From assembly GCA_043747615.1 (NCBI GenBank), contig JAYTOU010000008.1, forward strand, positions 1 to 59,559: 59,559 bases of DNA. The letters are read 5' to 3'. The stretch comes from Myxococcales bacterium (GTDB lineage: Bacteria > Myxococcota_A > Polyangia > Polyangiales > Polyangiaceae). The number at the start of each line of letters is the position of its first letter. Position 1 is the stretch's first letter. The notes under the pieces were generated by a model, which was not told the origin of the DNA, searched no databases, and saw nothing but the letters and a program-made list of their open reading frames with translations. Below, piece by piece: positions 40,004-48,954 of the stretch. A program made the position numbers and the translations under genes.

Positions 40004-40659
40004 GCGTATCCGACCTGGCGAATCGTGCGAATTGCCTCGGGGGCACCCGAGGTCGTGAGCTTTCGACGGATGCGAGCGATGAGCACTTCGAGGCTCGCCG
40101 AAGCGCTGTCCGTGTCTTCCCCCCAGATGGCCTCGAGCAGGTGCGCGCGGGTGACGACGCGGCAGTCCGACCACGCAAGGAGCGCGATGATCTCGAATTC
40201 GCGCGGGGTCATCGCGACTTCCCCACACGAGCCACGCACCTCACGCCGATCGCGATCGACGGTGATGGCGCCAAAGACACGGAGCGACTCGGTCCACCGC
40301 GGGCCGCGGCGAGCGAGCGCACGTACCCGAGCGTTGAGCTCCGCGGTCGCGAACGGTTTGCCGAGATAGTCGTCCGCGCCGGCATCGAGTCCGCTCACGC
40401 GATCGCCGACACCGTTACGTGCGGTCAGCATGAGGATCGGCAGATCGAAGCCGCTGCGGCGTGCGTGACGGCACACGTCGAGCCCCGAGCCATCGGGCAA
40501 CCCCACGTCCACGATGGCGAGGTCGAAGCTCGCCTCATCGAGCTGGGCGAGGGCGGCGGCGCACGTCGACGTCGGCGCGACCTCGTGACCCGCGGCCTTC
40601 AGGGCGGCGATCACCACGGCGGTCACGCGTTCGCTGTCTTCGACGAGCAGGATGCGCAC
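39973..40659 (-). CDS. OmpR family response regulator
   Basis: ILLVED, DVGLPDGSG, GLDAGADDYLGKPF, winged helix TIRQVGY; GTG 40659. Confidence 0.95.
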   Translation of the reverse strand: MRILLVEDSERVTAVVIAALKAAGHEVAPTSTCAAALAQLDEASFDLAIVDVGLPDGSGLDVCRHARRSGFDLPILMLTARNGVGDRVSGLDAGADDYLGKPFATAELNARVRALARRGPRWTESLRVFGAITVDRDRREVRGSCGEVAMTPREFEIIALLAWSDCRVVTRAHLLEAIWGEDTDSASASLEVLIARIRRKLTTSGAPEAIRTIRQVGYAWNLARSKQA

Positions 40660-40804
40660 GAGCGGAGTGTAAACGTGGCGTGCGCCCTCGGCATGGAATC
40701 GACATGCTGTGAGTTTGCTGACCACTGGTCAGTCAAATACCGTGCGGGTCATGTCACGCCTGTCTTCGCTTCGCTGGGACAGCGTCACCCCTTAGCCAAG
40801 AGCG

Positions 40805-41602
40805 CTACTTCCACAAAGCGAAACGAGGAGTGATCCCGAGCAGGACGCCGCCGCGATCGCCGCCGCCGAGAAGCCCTACGAGCCCGATGAGCGAGAGATC
40901 GAGGTTCGGATGCGACCCCCACTGGATGCCGCCCGTCGCGTGCGCTTGGTGTCGTTCGCCGGTGAAGAAAGCCACTCCGCCGAGCTCGCCGAGGATCGTC
41001 CAAGCGCCCTTGCGATCGAGATCCACCGCGAGATCGAGACCGCCTTCGAGGGCGATCGGACGGCGGCGATGAAAGGCGTCCTCCGTGGGATCGACGAAGC
41101 CGCCGAAGTTGAGGACTACATGCGCGCGGTGCACGGTGCGAGCGAGCAACGCGATCGCTTCGTAGCCCGCCCCCCGCGCTCCCAGCGCCAGCGGCACCTT
41201 GGGTCCGAGTTGCGCGCCCACCGACCACGCGCTGTCTTTCGCGGTGTCGCGCACGTCAGCGAACATGACCTTCGAGGAGAGCCAAAGGTTGTCGGGCGCC
41301 GGATGGTCGAGGGAAAAGCGTCCGACCTGCGGCCCCTCGATGGCGTACGCGGTGTCCACTTCGATCTGCACGTTCGAGGTGATTCCGAGTGAGATCTCGA
41401 GGTCCGGAATGACCAATCGTCCCGCCGTGTCTCCCTCGGTGTAGCCCATCTGACTGTCGATCTCGAGCGTGCCCTCGTCTTGGAGCTGGAGGTCGGTTGG
41501 CTCGAAGCGTCGGTGAAGCGCCTGCGCAAACGCGTGTCTCGATACTGCAAAAATCGCCACGAGGAGGAGCGCCGAGGCGGCTTTGGGGAAGTGGCGTCTC
41601 AC
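40805..41602 (-). CDS. Putative outer-membrane beta-barrel protein
   Basis: Signal peptide ..HAFA; alternating amphipathic strands; aromatic C-terminus FALWK; start uncertain. Confidence 0.6.
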   Translation of the reverse strand: MRRHFPKAASALLLVAIFAVSRHAFAQALHRRFEPTDLQLQDEGTLEIDSQMGYTEGDTAGRLVIPDLEISLGITSNVQIEVDTAYAIEGPQVGRFSLDHPAPDNLWLSSKVMFADVRDTAKDSAWSVGAQLGPKVPLALGARGAGYEAIALLARTVHRAHVVLNFGGFVDPTEDAFHRRRPIALEGGLDLAVDLDRKGAWTILGELGGVAFFTGERHQAHATGGIQWGSHPNLDLSLIGLVGLLGGGDRGGVLLGITPRFALWK

Positions 41603-41635
41603 TCGCGGCGATGGAACTGTACTATCGAATGGATC

Positions 41636-43255
41636 ATGAGCACCGAATCTCGCGTTGGCAGACCGTCGCTGCGGGTCATTGCCGTCAACGACGTCTACAC
41701 GCTCGAGAACCTCCCGCGCCTTCGCAGCCTCGTCGAGCATCACACGAGGACCAACCCGGCCGACGCGCTCATGGTCACGCTCGCCGGTGACTTCGTCGCT
41801 CCCAGCATCCTCTCCAGCCTCGACAACGGTCAGGGCATGGTGGATTGCATGAACGCGGTGGGCTTCACTCATGTCATCTTCGGCAATCACGAGGACGACA
41901 TTGCGTTGAGTGAGCTTCGGCTCCGCATCGGTGAGCTTCACGCGACGTGGCTCGACACCAACGTACGCGATTTTTTACCGGCGCTGCCCGCGTACCAGGT
42001 GCTCGAGTTTGGGCCGGAGGGTGGACGCCGCGTGCGGGTGGGCCTCGTCGGCGTGGTAATGACGGATCCCACCGTGTACCGCCGCAAACCGTTCGGGGGC
42101 ACCGAGATCTTGCCGGCGAATGAGGCGGCACGGGCCGAGGCCTGGCGTCTGCTTCGCGACGAGCGATGCATCTCGGTGATTCCCCTCACCCACCAGCCCA
42201 TGGACGAAGATCGGGAGCTCGCTCGCGCGCAAAATCCAGCCTTTCCAGTGATCATTGGCGGGCACGAGCACGAGGTTTTGCTTGAGCAAGTGAGCGGCAC
42301 GTGGATCGTGAAGGCAGGCGCCGACGCCGTGGAGGCTGTGGTGATCGACGTCACGTGGGCGGCCGAGGAGGCGGCCACGGGCGCGCCGGAGATTCCGATG
42401 GTGACTGTGCATCTCGAGGCCGTTGCGCACTACCCGGAAAATGTGGAGCTGCGCGCGCGCGTGGACATGCACATGAAACGGGTCCGCGATCTCGAGGCTG
42501 CAACGCTGCTCCGCCTTGCGCCTGGGCAATCGCTGTCGTCGGTGGGCATGCGTTGCCGGCAGACGACGATGGGAACGCTGGTGTGCTCACGCGTGCGCGA
42601 CGCGCTCGATGCCGAGGTCTGTGTCTTCAACGCGGGCGGTATCCGCGGCGCGCGCGAGTACAAAGATCGCGTCACGTACGGAGACCTCAAAGCCGAGGTG
42701 CCTTTCGACAACGAGGTGGTGGTTGCCACGCTGCCCGGTAGCCTCCTGCGTGAAGCCATCGTTGCTTCGCGTGCACACGCACCGGCCGAGTCCGGAGGGT
42801 TCTTGCAGGTCGACGATCGCACGACGGTGGATCCGACGACGCACGTCGTCAGCGTGATCGCCGGCGTCCCGTTCGCCGAAGACCGCGAGTACCGCGTGGC
42901 CATCGTGCGAAATCTATTCGACGGCCTCGACCACATCGAGCCACTGATTCGCTTCGCTCGCGAAAATCCAGACAAAATCCCTCCTGAGCTGAGCGGACGG
43001 GAGGTCAAAATTCTTCTCGTAGACGCGTTTTCTCTCGCGCTCTGGAAAGAGCTCGGCGGGTTCGACGTCATCGATGCCAACCACGACGGCGTGGTCACGA
43101 ACGACGAGATTGCGGTCGCCGTATCGCGCTTCGCCGCCGAGCCACTCTCCCCCCTCACGGCCGATCTGGTGATCCACGCCCTCGACGCGGATCACGATCA
43201 TGCGATCTCGCGCGCAGAAGCGGACGCCGTGAACGCGCTGAAGAAGAGGTCGTAG
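41636..43255 (+). CDS. 5'-nucleotidase family metallophosphoesterase with a C-terminal EF-hand pair
   Basis: NDVY, GDF, GNHE, LTH, GGHEH; NAGGIRG..PFDN; EF loops DANHDGVVTNDE and DADHDHAISRAE. Confidence 0.9.
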   Translation: MSTESRVGRPSLRVIAVNDVYTLENLPRLRSLVEHHTRTNPADALMVTLAGDFVAPSILSSLDNGQGMVDCMNAVGFTHVIFGNHEDDIALSELRLRIGELHATWLDTNVRDFLPALPAYQVLEFGPEGGRRVRVGLVGVVMTDPTVYRRKPFGGTEILPANEAARAEAWRLLRDERCISVIPLTHQPMDEDRELARAQNPAFPVIIGGHEHEVLLEQVSGTWIVKAGADAVEAVVIDVTWAAEEAATGAPEIPMVTVHLEAVAHYPENVELRARVDMHMKRVRDLEAATLLRLAPGQSLSSVGMRCRQTTMGTLVCSRVRDALDAEVCVFNAGGIRGAREYKDRVTYGDLKAEVPFDNEVVVATLPGSLLREAIVASRAHAPAESGGFLQVDDRTTVDPTTHVVSVIAGVPFAEDREYRVAIVRNLFDGLDHIEPLIRFARENPDKIPPELSGREVKILLVDAFSLALWKELGGFDVIDANHDGVVTNDEIAVAVSRFAAEPLSPLTADLVIHALDADHDHAISRAEADAVNALKKRS

Positions 43256-43316
43256 CTCCTTCATAGCGAAATCGGAGCAGGGAGCTGAATGCCGTATATC
43301 TTGATAGCCTCGCGCG

Positions 43317-44549
43317 ATGCGGTGCTCCTGGCTTGCTGCACTGATGATGACCGCGGCGTGCGGCGCCCCTCCACCCCCTCTGCCGATCGCGCCGGCACCG
43401 ACGGCCCTCGCGAGCGCGCCAACGGCACCGCAGAAAGCCACACCGAGCCCGGCTGAAGTCGAGATCGCAGCGGCGATCGCGGTCGTGGAGAGCTTACGCG
43501 CGACGGACTTTGCAGGCGCGCTTCGCCAGCTCGGCGAGAAGGCAAAAGCCTCGCTCTCCGAGGATGCGCTCCGAGAGAGCTGGCAGAAAATCTCGGGTGT
43601 GGCTGGAGCTTGTCGTGGAATCGAGAAGGTCGCGATCACCATGGGCCCAGGCTTCACGGTGGTGAGCGTGCGTTGCAAGACGGACGCGGCGGCGTTCGAA
43701 GTGAGGGTTCTCTTCGATGGAGCACGGCCAGGCGGAGGCGCGCCGCTCGCTACGGGGATCGTGATCGGCCACGTGTGGGATCTCCCTGCGTACGCCGACG
43801 CGTCGAAATTTCGTGAAGAAGGCACGGTCGTGGGCGCTGGAAAGTGGTCGCTGCCGGCGGCGCTTACGATCCCCGTGGGCAGCGGTCCGTTTCCGGCGGT
43901 GGTCCTCGTCCACGGCGCGGGGCCTGGCGATCGCGACGAGACCGTCGGCGGGACGAAGGTCTTTCGCGACATCGCCGCTGGTCTCGCCAGTCGGGGCGTT
44001 GCCGTCCTCCGCTTCGACAAGCGCTCGACGGCCCACCCCGAGGACGTGGCGAAAGACACCACCTTCACCTTTCACGACGACACGATCGACGATGCACGCC
44101 TTGCGATCGCAATGCTTCGCAAGCTCACCACGATCGACAAGACGAAGGTCTTCGTCTTCGGCCACGGAGAAGGCGGTCGGCTCGCCCCCGAGCTCGCGAA
44201 GGAAGATCCGACCCTCGCTGGGCTGGTCATCGCCGCGGCAAGCGTGAAGACCGCCGCAGGCCTCCCACCGAGTTACGCGCGTTCACTCCGGAAGTACCGC
44301 GCCGAAGACGCCCTCCGAAAAGCGAAAATGCCGATCCTCATCATCGCCGGAGATCGCGACTCGGAGTGCAGCGCTGCGGATTTTCGCACGTGGAAGAACG
44401 CCGTGAAGAGCTCGCCGCGCGCCGACACGAAGTTGCTCCCGGGGCTCAATCATCTCTTCGTCAGCGGGACGGGAATCGACGACAATGGCAAGCCCGCCAA
44501 CGTGGCCCCCGAGCTCATCGGCGCCATCGCAGAATTCGTCACGAGGTAA
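43317..44549 (+). CDS. Alpha/beta hydrolase-fold lipoprotein (DUF3887-like N-domain) lacking the nucleophilic Ser
   Basis: Lipobox TAAC; VHGAGPGDRDE, LRFDKR, FGHGEGG, GDRD, GLNHLF. Confidence 0.85.
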   Translation: MRCSWLAALMMTAACGAPPPPLPIAPAPTALASAPTAPQKATPSPAEVEIAAAIAVVESLRATDFAGALRQLGEKAKASLSEDALRESWQKISGVAGACRGIEKVAITMGPGFTVVSVRCKTDAAAFEVRVLFDGARPGGGAPLATGIVIGHVWDLPAYADASKFREEGTVVGAGKWSLPAALTIPVGSGPFPAVVLVHGAGPGDRDETVGGTKVFRDIAAGLASRGVAVLRFDKRSTAHPEDVAKDTTFTFHDDTIDDARLAIAMLRKLTTIDKTKVFVFGHGEGGRLAPELAKEDPTLAGLVIAAASVKTAAGLPPSYARSLRKYRAEDALRKAKMPILIIAGDRDSECSAADFRTWKNAVKSSPRADTKLLPGLNHLFVSGTGIDDNGKPANVAPELIGAIAEFVTR

Positions 44550-44639
44550 TCTTCAGGGCGACGGCTTTGCTCTGCCCGGCGCGCATCTCGCGATGCATAG
44601 CGCGATTTCCCTAGCGCCGAGCGTACACACGGCCTGAAA

Positions 44640-45968
44640 GTGTCCTCCGGAGAAACGGCGGAGAGCATGGTCGCGCAGTCGGCTTCACCCAGAAACGCAA
44701 TCGCAGGAAAATCGCCGGCAAATGCGCCGGTTCGCGCGCTTTTTTTGAACGACACGTCGCGCAACGGCGGTCCGGGGCGAACGCTCTTTTACATCCTCAA
44801 GTTCGTCGACCCCTCACTCATCCACCGCACCGTGGTTCTTCCGCGTGCCGGGGTGGTGAGCGAGCTGCTCCTCGAGGGGGAGGTCGTCGATACCCTTCAT
44901 TTCGTTCCGAATCTGATCGAGAACGTGATCGAGCCCTGGAATCGGGCGATGGATCGCGACGACTTCGATGCGTCACTCCCCGTGCGCGCGGTGAGGGCCA
45001 CCGGCAACGTCGCCCGGGGGACGGCCGCCTTCTTCGAGCTTGCGAAGCTCGTCGCGCGCGAGCGGGTGCAGGTCATCTTCTGCAACGGAACGACCGCCAA
45101 CTTTGCGGGCGGAGGGCTGGCGGCGCTCACTGGCATTCCGGTGATCTGGCATGTCTTCTACTCCTCCGTCGCGTCTCCAATTTCCGCGCTTCACGCCCGC
45201 CTGGCCGCTGGCAAGAACGTGCGCTCCATCTTGTGTGTCTCGAGCGCGACCGCAAAACTCTTCGATCACTGCAAAGAAAAAGTGCGCATCACGCACGACG
45301 CGATCGACACGACCGAGTTCGCTCCGGACGCCGTCGGTCAGGTCCTGCGCTCCGAGCTCGGCTTCGGGCCCGAGCACGTCGTCTTCGGAAGCCAAGGGCG
45401 GATCCTGCCGCGAAAGGGTTACCTGGAAATGGTGCGCGCCGCCCGCCTCGCTCTCGACCGAATGCCGGAAAAAGAAGGGCGTTTGTGCCGCTTCGTCGTG
45501 CTCGGCGATACGCCGGCGGACATGCAACCGAACCACCTCGCTGCATGCCGCGCCGAGGTCACGAAGCTCGGCCTCGAGGGCGTCTTCACCTTCACGGGCT
45601 ACCGCCCCGACGTGCGACCCTACGTCAACGATTTCTCCGTGGCGGTGGTGCCGAGCATCTACGAAGATCCCCTCCCCCGCGCGGTGATCGAAGCGATGGC
45701 CCTCGCCAAGCCGGTGATCGCCTTCGACGTCGGCGGCATCCCCGAGATGATCGAAGACGGCGTCACCGGCACGCTCGTCCGCGGCTCGCCGCCCGATGTC
45801 GATGGTCTCGCCGATGCCTTCTGCCGCTACGCGAGCGACGCGGGAATGAGGCAACGTCAGGGCGACGCTTCACGGGTGCGTGCGCAGCGCGAGTTCGATT
45901 CACGCTCCCACGGGCTTCTGGTGCAGCAGGAGATCCTCCGCATCGTGGGGGGATCGACCGCCTCCTAG
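44640..45968 (+). CDS. Glycosyltransferase family 4
   Basis: GRILPRKG, EDPLPRAVIEAMA, GGIPEMI; start may be ATG 44668 region or later. Confidence 0.9.
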   Translation: MSSGETAESMVAQSASPRNAIAGKSPANAPVRALFLNDTSRNGGPGRTLFYILKFVDPSLIHRTVVLPRAGVVSELLLEGEVVDTLHFVPNLIENVIEPWNRAMDRDDFDASLPVRAVRATGNVARGTAAFFELAKLVARERVQVIFCNGTTANFAGGGLAALTGIPVIWHVFYSSVASPISALHARLAAGKNVRSILCVSSATAKLFDHCKEKVRITHDAIDTTEFAPDAVGQVLRSELGFGPEHVVFGSQGRILPRKGYLEMVRAARLALDRMPEKEGRLCRFVVLGDTPADMQPNHLAACRAEVTKLGLEGVFTFTGYRPDVRPYVNDFSVAVVPSIYEDPLPRAVIEAMALAKPVIAFDVGGIPEMIEDGVTGTLVRGSPPDVDGLADAFCRYASDAGMRQRQGDASRVRAQREFDSRSHGLLVQQEILRIVGGSTAS

Positions 45969-47698
45969 TCCCGTTGAAAAATTCGGATCTCGTGAGCGGT
46001 GCTCGCGTGGATGCTTTTTCGCGGCCAGAACGTGCTCGTCCAGCGCGCGATGTGTGCGGCGTGGTAGCCGCGGGTGCCGAGGTGCAGGCCGTAAAAATAG
46101 TCGTATGCGGCAAGGTCTTTCTCGCGCGCGGCCTGCCCGGCGGCGAGCACGTGACCCGCGCTCGGTTCGCGATCCATGTACTGCCAGACCCACGCTTCGG
46201 AGAGGATGATCCAGCGCGGCCGACGCGCCTCTACGTCCTCGAAGCGCGCCTGTAGCTCCGTCATTCCGGGGAGCGGATTGCGGCCGGTCGTCGGCGTGAG
46301 ATCGACGCGGGTGACCTTCGTGTCCGGCGTGAAGCGCGGAAGGTAGCAGTTCGATCCGTACACCTCGACGAGATCGCCGGGGTGCATGTTGGCCCCGAGC
46401 CAGGCTTCGGCTTCGTACCGTGGATCGTCAATAAGGTTCACGTCCATCGCAAGGCACTCGAAGAAGGCCCACGCGACGAGCGGCGTCGCAGCAACGTAGA
46501 CGGCGATCAGGCTCGCGCGCGTTCGACACCGCTCAAGGACGGCCTCGACCCCCAGCCCGGCGTACAATCCGAGGAGCGTCATCTGGGGGAGGGCGAAGCG
46601 ATGCTCGGATCGGCGCGCCGCGAAGTTGAAGCAGATGGTGAACGAGACCGCGGCAAAGAACGGAATGAGCCCCGCGGCGAGCTTCGCGGAATCGCGCCGG
46701 GTCCAGGCGACGTGCGCGACCACGCCTGCGACCATCAGCAGCGCGAACGGCCACGGGTAAAAATCTGGGAAGCTACGCGCGAGATCCGTGAGAATCTGCG
46801 CTTTTCCTGCCCACGTCGCAGGGTAATACGCGTGATCCTGGCTTGCCGGACCGAGGAGGAATTCGAGGCGGTGGGCAAAGCCGGTCGGATTGGTGATCGC
46901 GCCGTCTACGAAGAGGAGGAGAGCTTCGGCCATCGCTCCGCCGATCATGAGCTCGCGGAAGACCGACCGCGCCTCTGCACGCGCCTCTCGATCGAACGCG
47001 AACCATGTGCCGATCGTCAGAGGGATGCTCAGGAGAAAAAGGGCGTACGCCTGATCCTTCGTGCCGACGGCGAGCGCCGCAAAGAGGAGCGCGCGGCGAA
47101 GCCCCCGGGGATGGCGGCGAGCGATGGCCTCGACGAGCGCTAGAAGCGCGAAGCTGGCCCAGAACAGATAGGGAACATCGAGGTTACTCGTGTGGGCGTA
47201 GTACGTGAACGGCACGTTGAGCGCGACCACCGTCGCCACCAGGACGGCGGCCCGCTTGCCGCGTATTTCTTCAGCGATCTTCGCGAGCGCGTAGGCGATC
47301 CCCACGGACATGAGAGCGCTCACCATGCGCGCCACGAGCGTGAAGATCGTCATGTACGGGACCTTGATGAACTCCGTCACGACGTCTGCGGCAGCGAGGG
47401 ATCGAGCATGCGCGAGCGCGTATACCGACACGGGCGACGTCAGCAGCGTGAGGGTGATGAGGTGCACCGGCGGGTAGGTGAAAAAGTGGCCGGGCAAATA
47501 CGTGTCGTGCACGCCGACCAGGAAATCGCGGGGCGCGATGCCGTCGTCTTCCCACGCGTCGGAGGCAGGCATCCCCCAAGCGATCCCGATCACGTGCATG
47601 ACGAACATCGCGGACAGCACCCACGCGAGGGGCGACGCGCTCAGGGTGCACAGGAGCGCGCTCAACCGCTCGGCGGGGCGGCGCCCCCTAAGGACCAT
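45965..47698 (-). CDS. Polytopic GT-C fold (ArnT/PMT-like) glycosyltransferase
   Basis: WEDD, YPP, ARMVSA, SNLD, GTKD motifs; many TM helices. Confidence 0.75.
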   Translation of the reverse strand: MVLRGRRPAERLSALLCTLSASPLAWVLSAMFVMHVIGIAWGMPASDAWEDDGIAPRDFLVGVHDTYLPGHFFTYPPVHLITLTLLTSPVSVYALAHARSLAAADVVTEFIKVPYMTIFTLVARMVSALMSVGIAYALAKIAEEIRGKRAAVLVATVVALNVPFTYYAHTSNLDVPYLFWASFALLALVEAIARRHPRGLRRALLFAALAVGTKDQAYALFLLSIPLTIGTWFAFDREARAEARSVFRELMIGGAMAEALLLFVDGAITNPTGFAHRLEFLLGPASQDHAYYPATWAGKAQILTDLARSFPDFYPWPFALLMVAGVVAHVAWTRRDSAKLAAGLIPFFAAVSFTICFNFAARRSEHRFALPQMTLLGLYAGLGVEAVLERCRTRASLIAVYVAATPLVAWAFFECLAMDVNLIDDPRYEAEAWLGANMHPGDLVEVYGSNCYLPRFTPDTKVTRVDLTPTTGRNPLPGMTELQARFEDVEARRPRWIILSEAWVWQYMDREPSAGHVLAAGQAAREKDLAAYDYFYGLHLGTRGYHAAHIARWTSTFWPRKSIHASTAHEIRIFQRD

Positions 47699-48833
47699 TG
47701 TCCTCGACGGTCGGCGAAGGCGGCGTGCCCCTCAAGACGTTCTCGTAGATCTCTCGATAGCCTTCGCACATGGCCTCGATGCGGCAGCGCTTTTCGACGA
47801 ATAGCCGACCGGCCTCTCCGTAAGCGCAGGCGCGCGCGCGATCGCTGGCCGCGTCTGCCATCCCGCGAGCGAGGGCCGCCGCGGAGCGCTCCTGGACGAG
47901 CCAGCCCGTCTCTCCGTCTTGCACGATCTCGGGAATTCCGCCGCTCGCGAAGGCCACCACGGGCCGCGCCATCGCGAGCGCTTCGAGCACGGACAGACCG
48001 AGGGGCTCGTCGCGCGATCCGCTCACGATCGCATCGGCGGCGTCGACGGCGTCGCGTGGATCGGAGCAGTAGCCGAGGAATTTGACGCGAGAATTCAAGC
48101 CTCGCGCGGAGACGTCGGCCTCGAGCCGAGCACGTTCGCTGCCTTCTCCCACGATGTCGAGGTGCGCGTCGGGCATGAGCTCGAGCGCCTCGATCGCCAG
48201 CCCCACCCCCTTCCACGGCTCGAGACGGCAGACGACGGCGAATTTGAAGGGGCGCCCGGATTCCGCATCTTCCCTCCCGACGCGCGGACGGGGTGCAAAG
48301 TGATCGGCGTCGACCCCGTTACGAACCACGTGAATGACGTTCGATGACGCAGGCGCGATCCGCGAAATGAAATCAGAGACGTACTGGCTCACCGCCACGG
48401 ATGCCTTGGCGCGCGCCAAGGACCAGCGCGTGAACGCCGAGCAGCTCGGATCGACGAAGTACTCGACGTGGTGCTCGGTGCGAAGAAAAGGAACGCCGGC
48501 ACGGATGGCGGCGCGGGCGCCGACGACGTGCGAACCGAACGTATGCAGATGCGCCATGTCCGCGCGCTCGTCGTGGAGAATACCTTCGAGCCAGGCCACG
48601 TCGGAGGGGCCGAGAGAGCGCCACAAATAGGCGAGCGGATTTTCCCGCACCCGCCCGCGATCGCGCAAGCGCAGCCCGGCGTTCGAGAACATGTCGGCGA
48701 GCCGCGGGTTGGGCGTCATCAGCGCCACGGTGTGCTCGGCGCCCGACTCGGTGGGCCGCGATGCGAGGTCGACGAGGAGCCGCTCGGCGCCGCCGATGTC
48801 ACCTGCCACGACCACATGCAACACGCGAATCAA
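47688..48833 (-). CDS. Glycosyltransferase family 4
   Basis: GGAE, NGVD, RLEPWKG, EPLGLSVLEALA. Confidence 0.93.
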   Translation of the reverse strand: MIRVLHVVVAGDIGGAERLLVDLASRPTESGAEHTVALMTPNPRLADMFSNAGLRLRDRGRVRENPLAYLWRSLGPSDVAWLEGILHDERADMAHLHTFGSHVVGARAAIRAGVPFLRTEHHVEYFVDPSCSAFTRWSLARAKASVAVSQYVSDFISRIAPASSNVIHVVRNGVDADHFAPRPRVGREDAESGRPFKFAVVCRLEPWKGVGLAIEALELMPDAHLDIVGEGSERARLEADVSARGLNSRVKFLGYCSDPRDAVDAADAIVSGSRDEPLGLSVLEALAMARPVVAFASGGIPEIVQDGETGWLVQERSAAALARGMADAASDRARACAYGEAGRLFVEKRCRIEAMCEGYREIYENVLRGTPPSPTVEDNGP

Positions 48834-48954
48834 TAAACCCTCCGGTAGCGTAATTTGAGTGGGTTGACCTTCGGGAAACGGTGCCGCGTGGTAGACATCA
48901 CGCGGCCCAGGGTTCGTACCTTACAGCGATTTAGGGGTAATCACGCCTTTCCTC

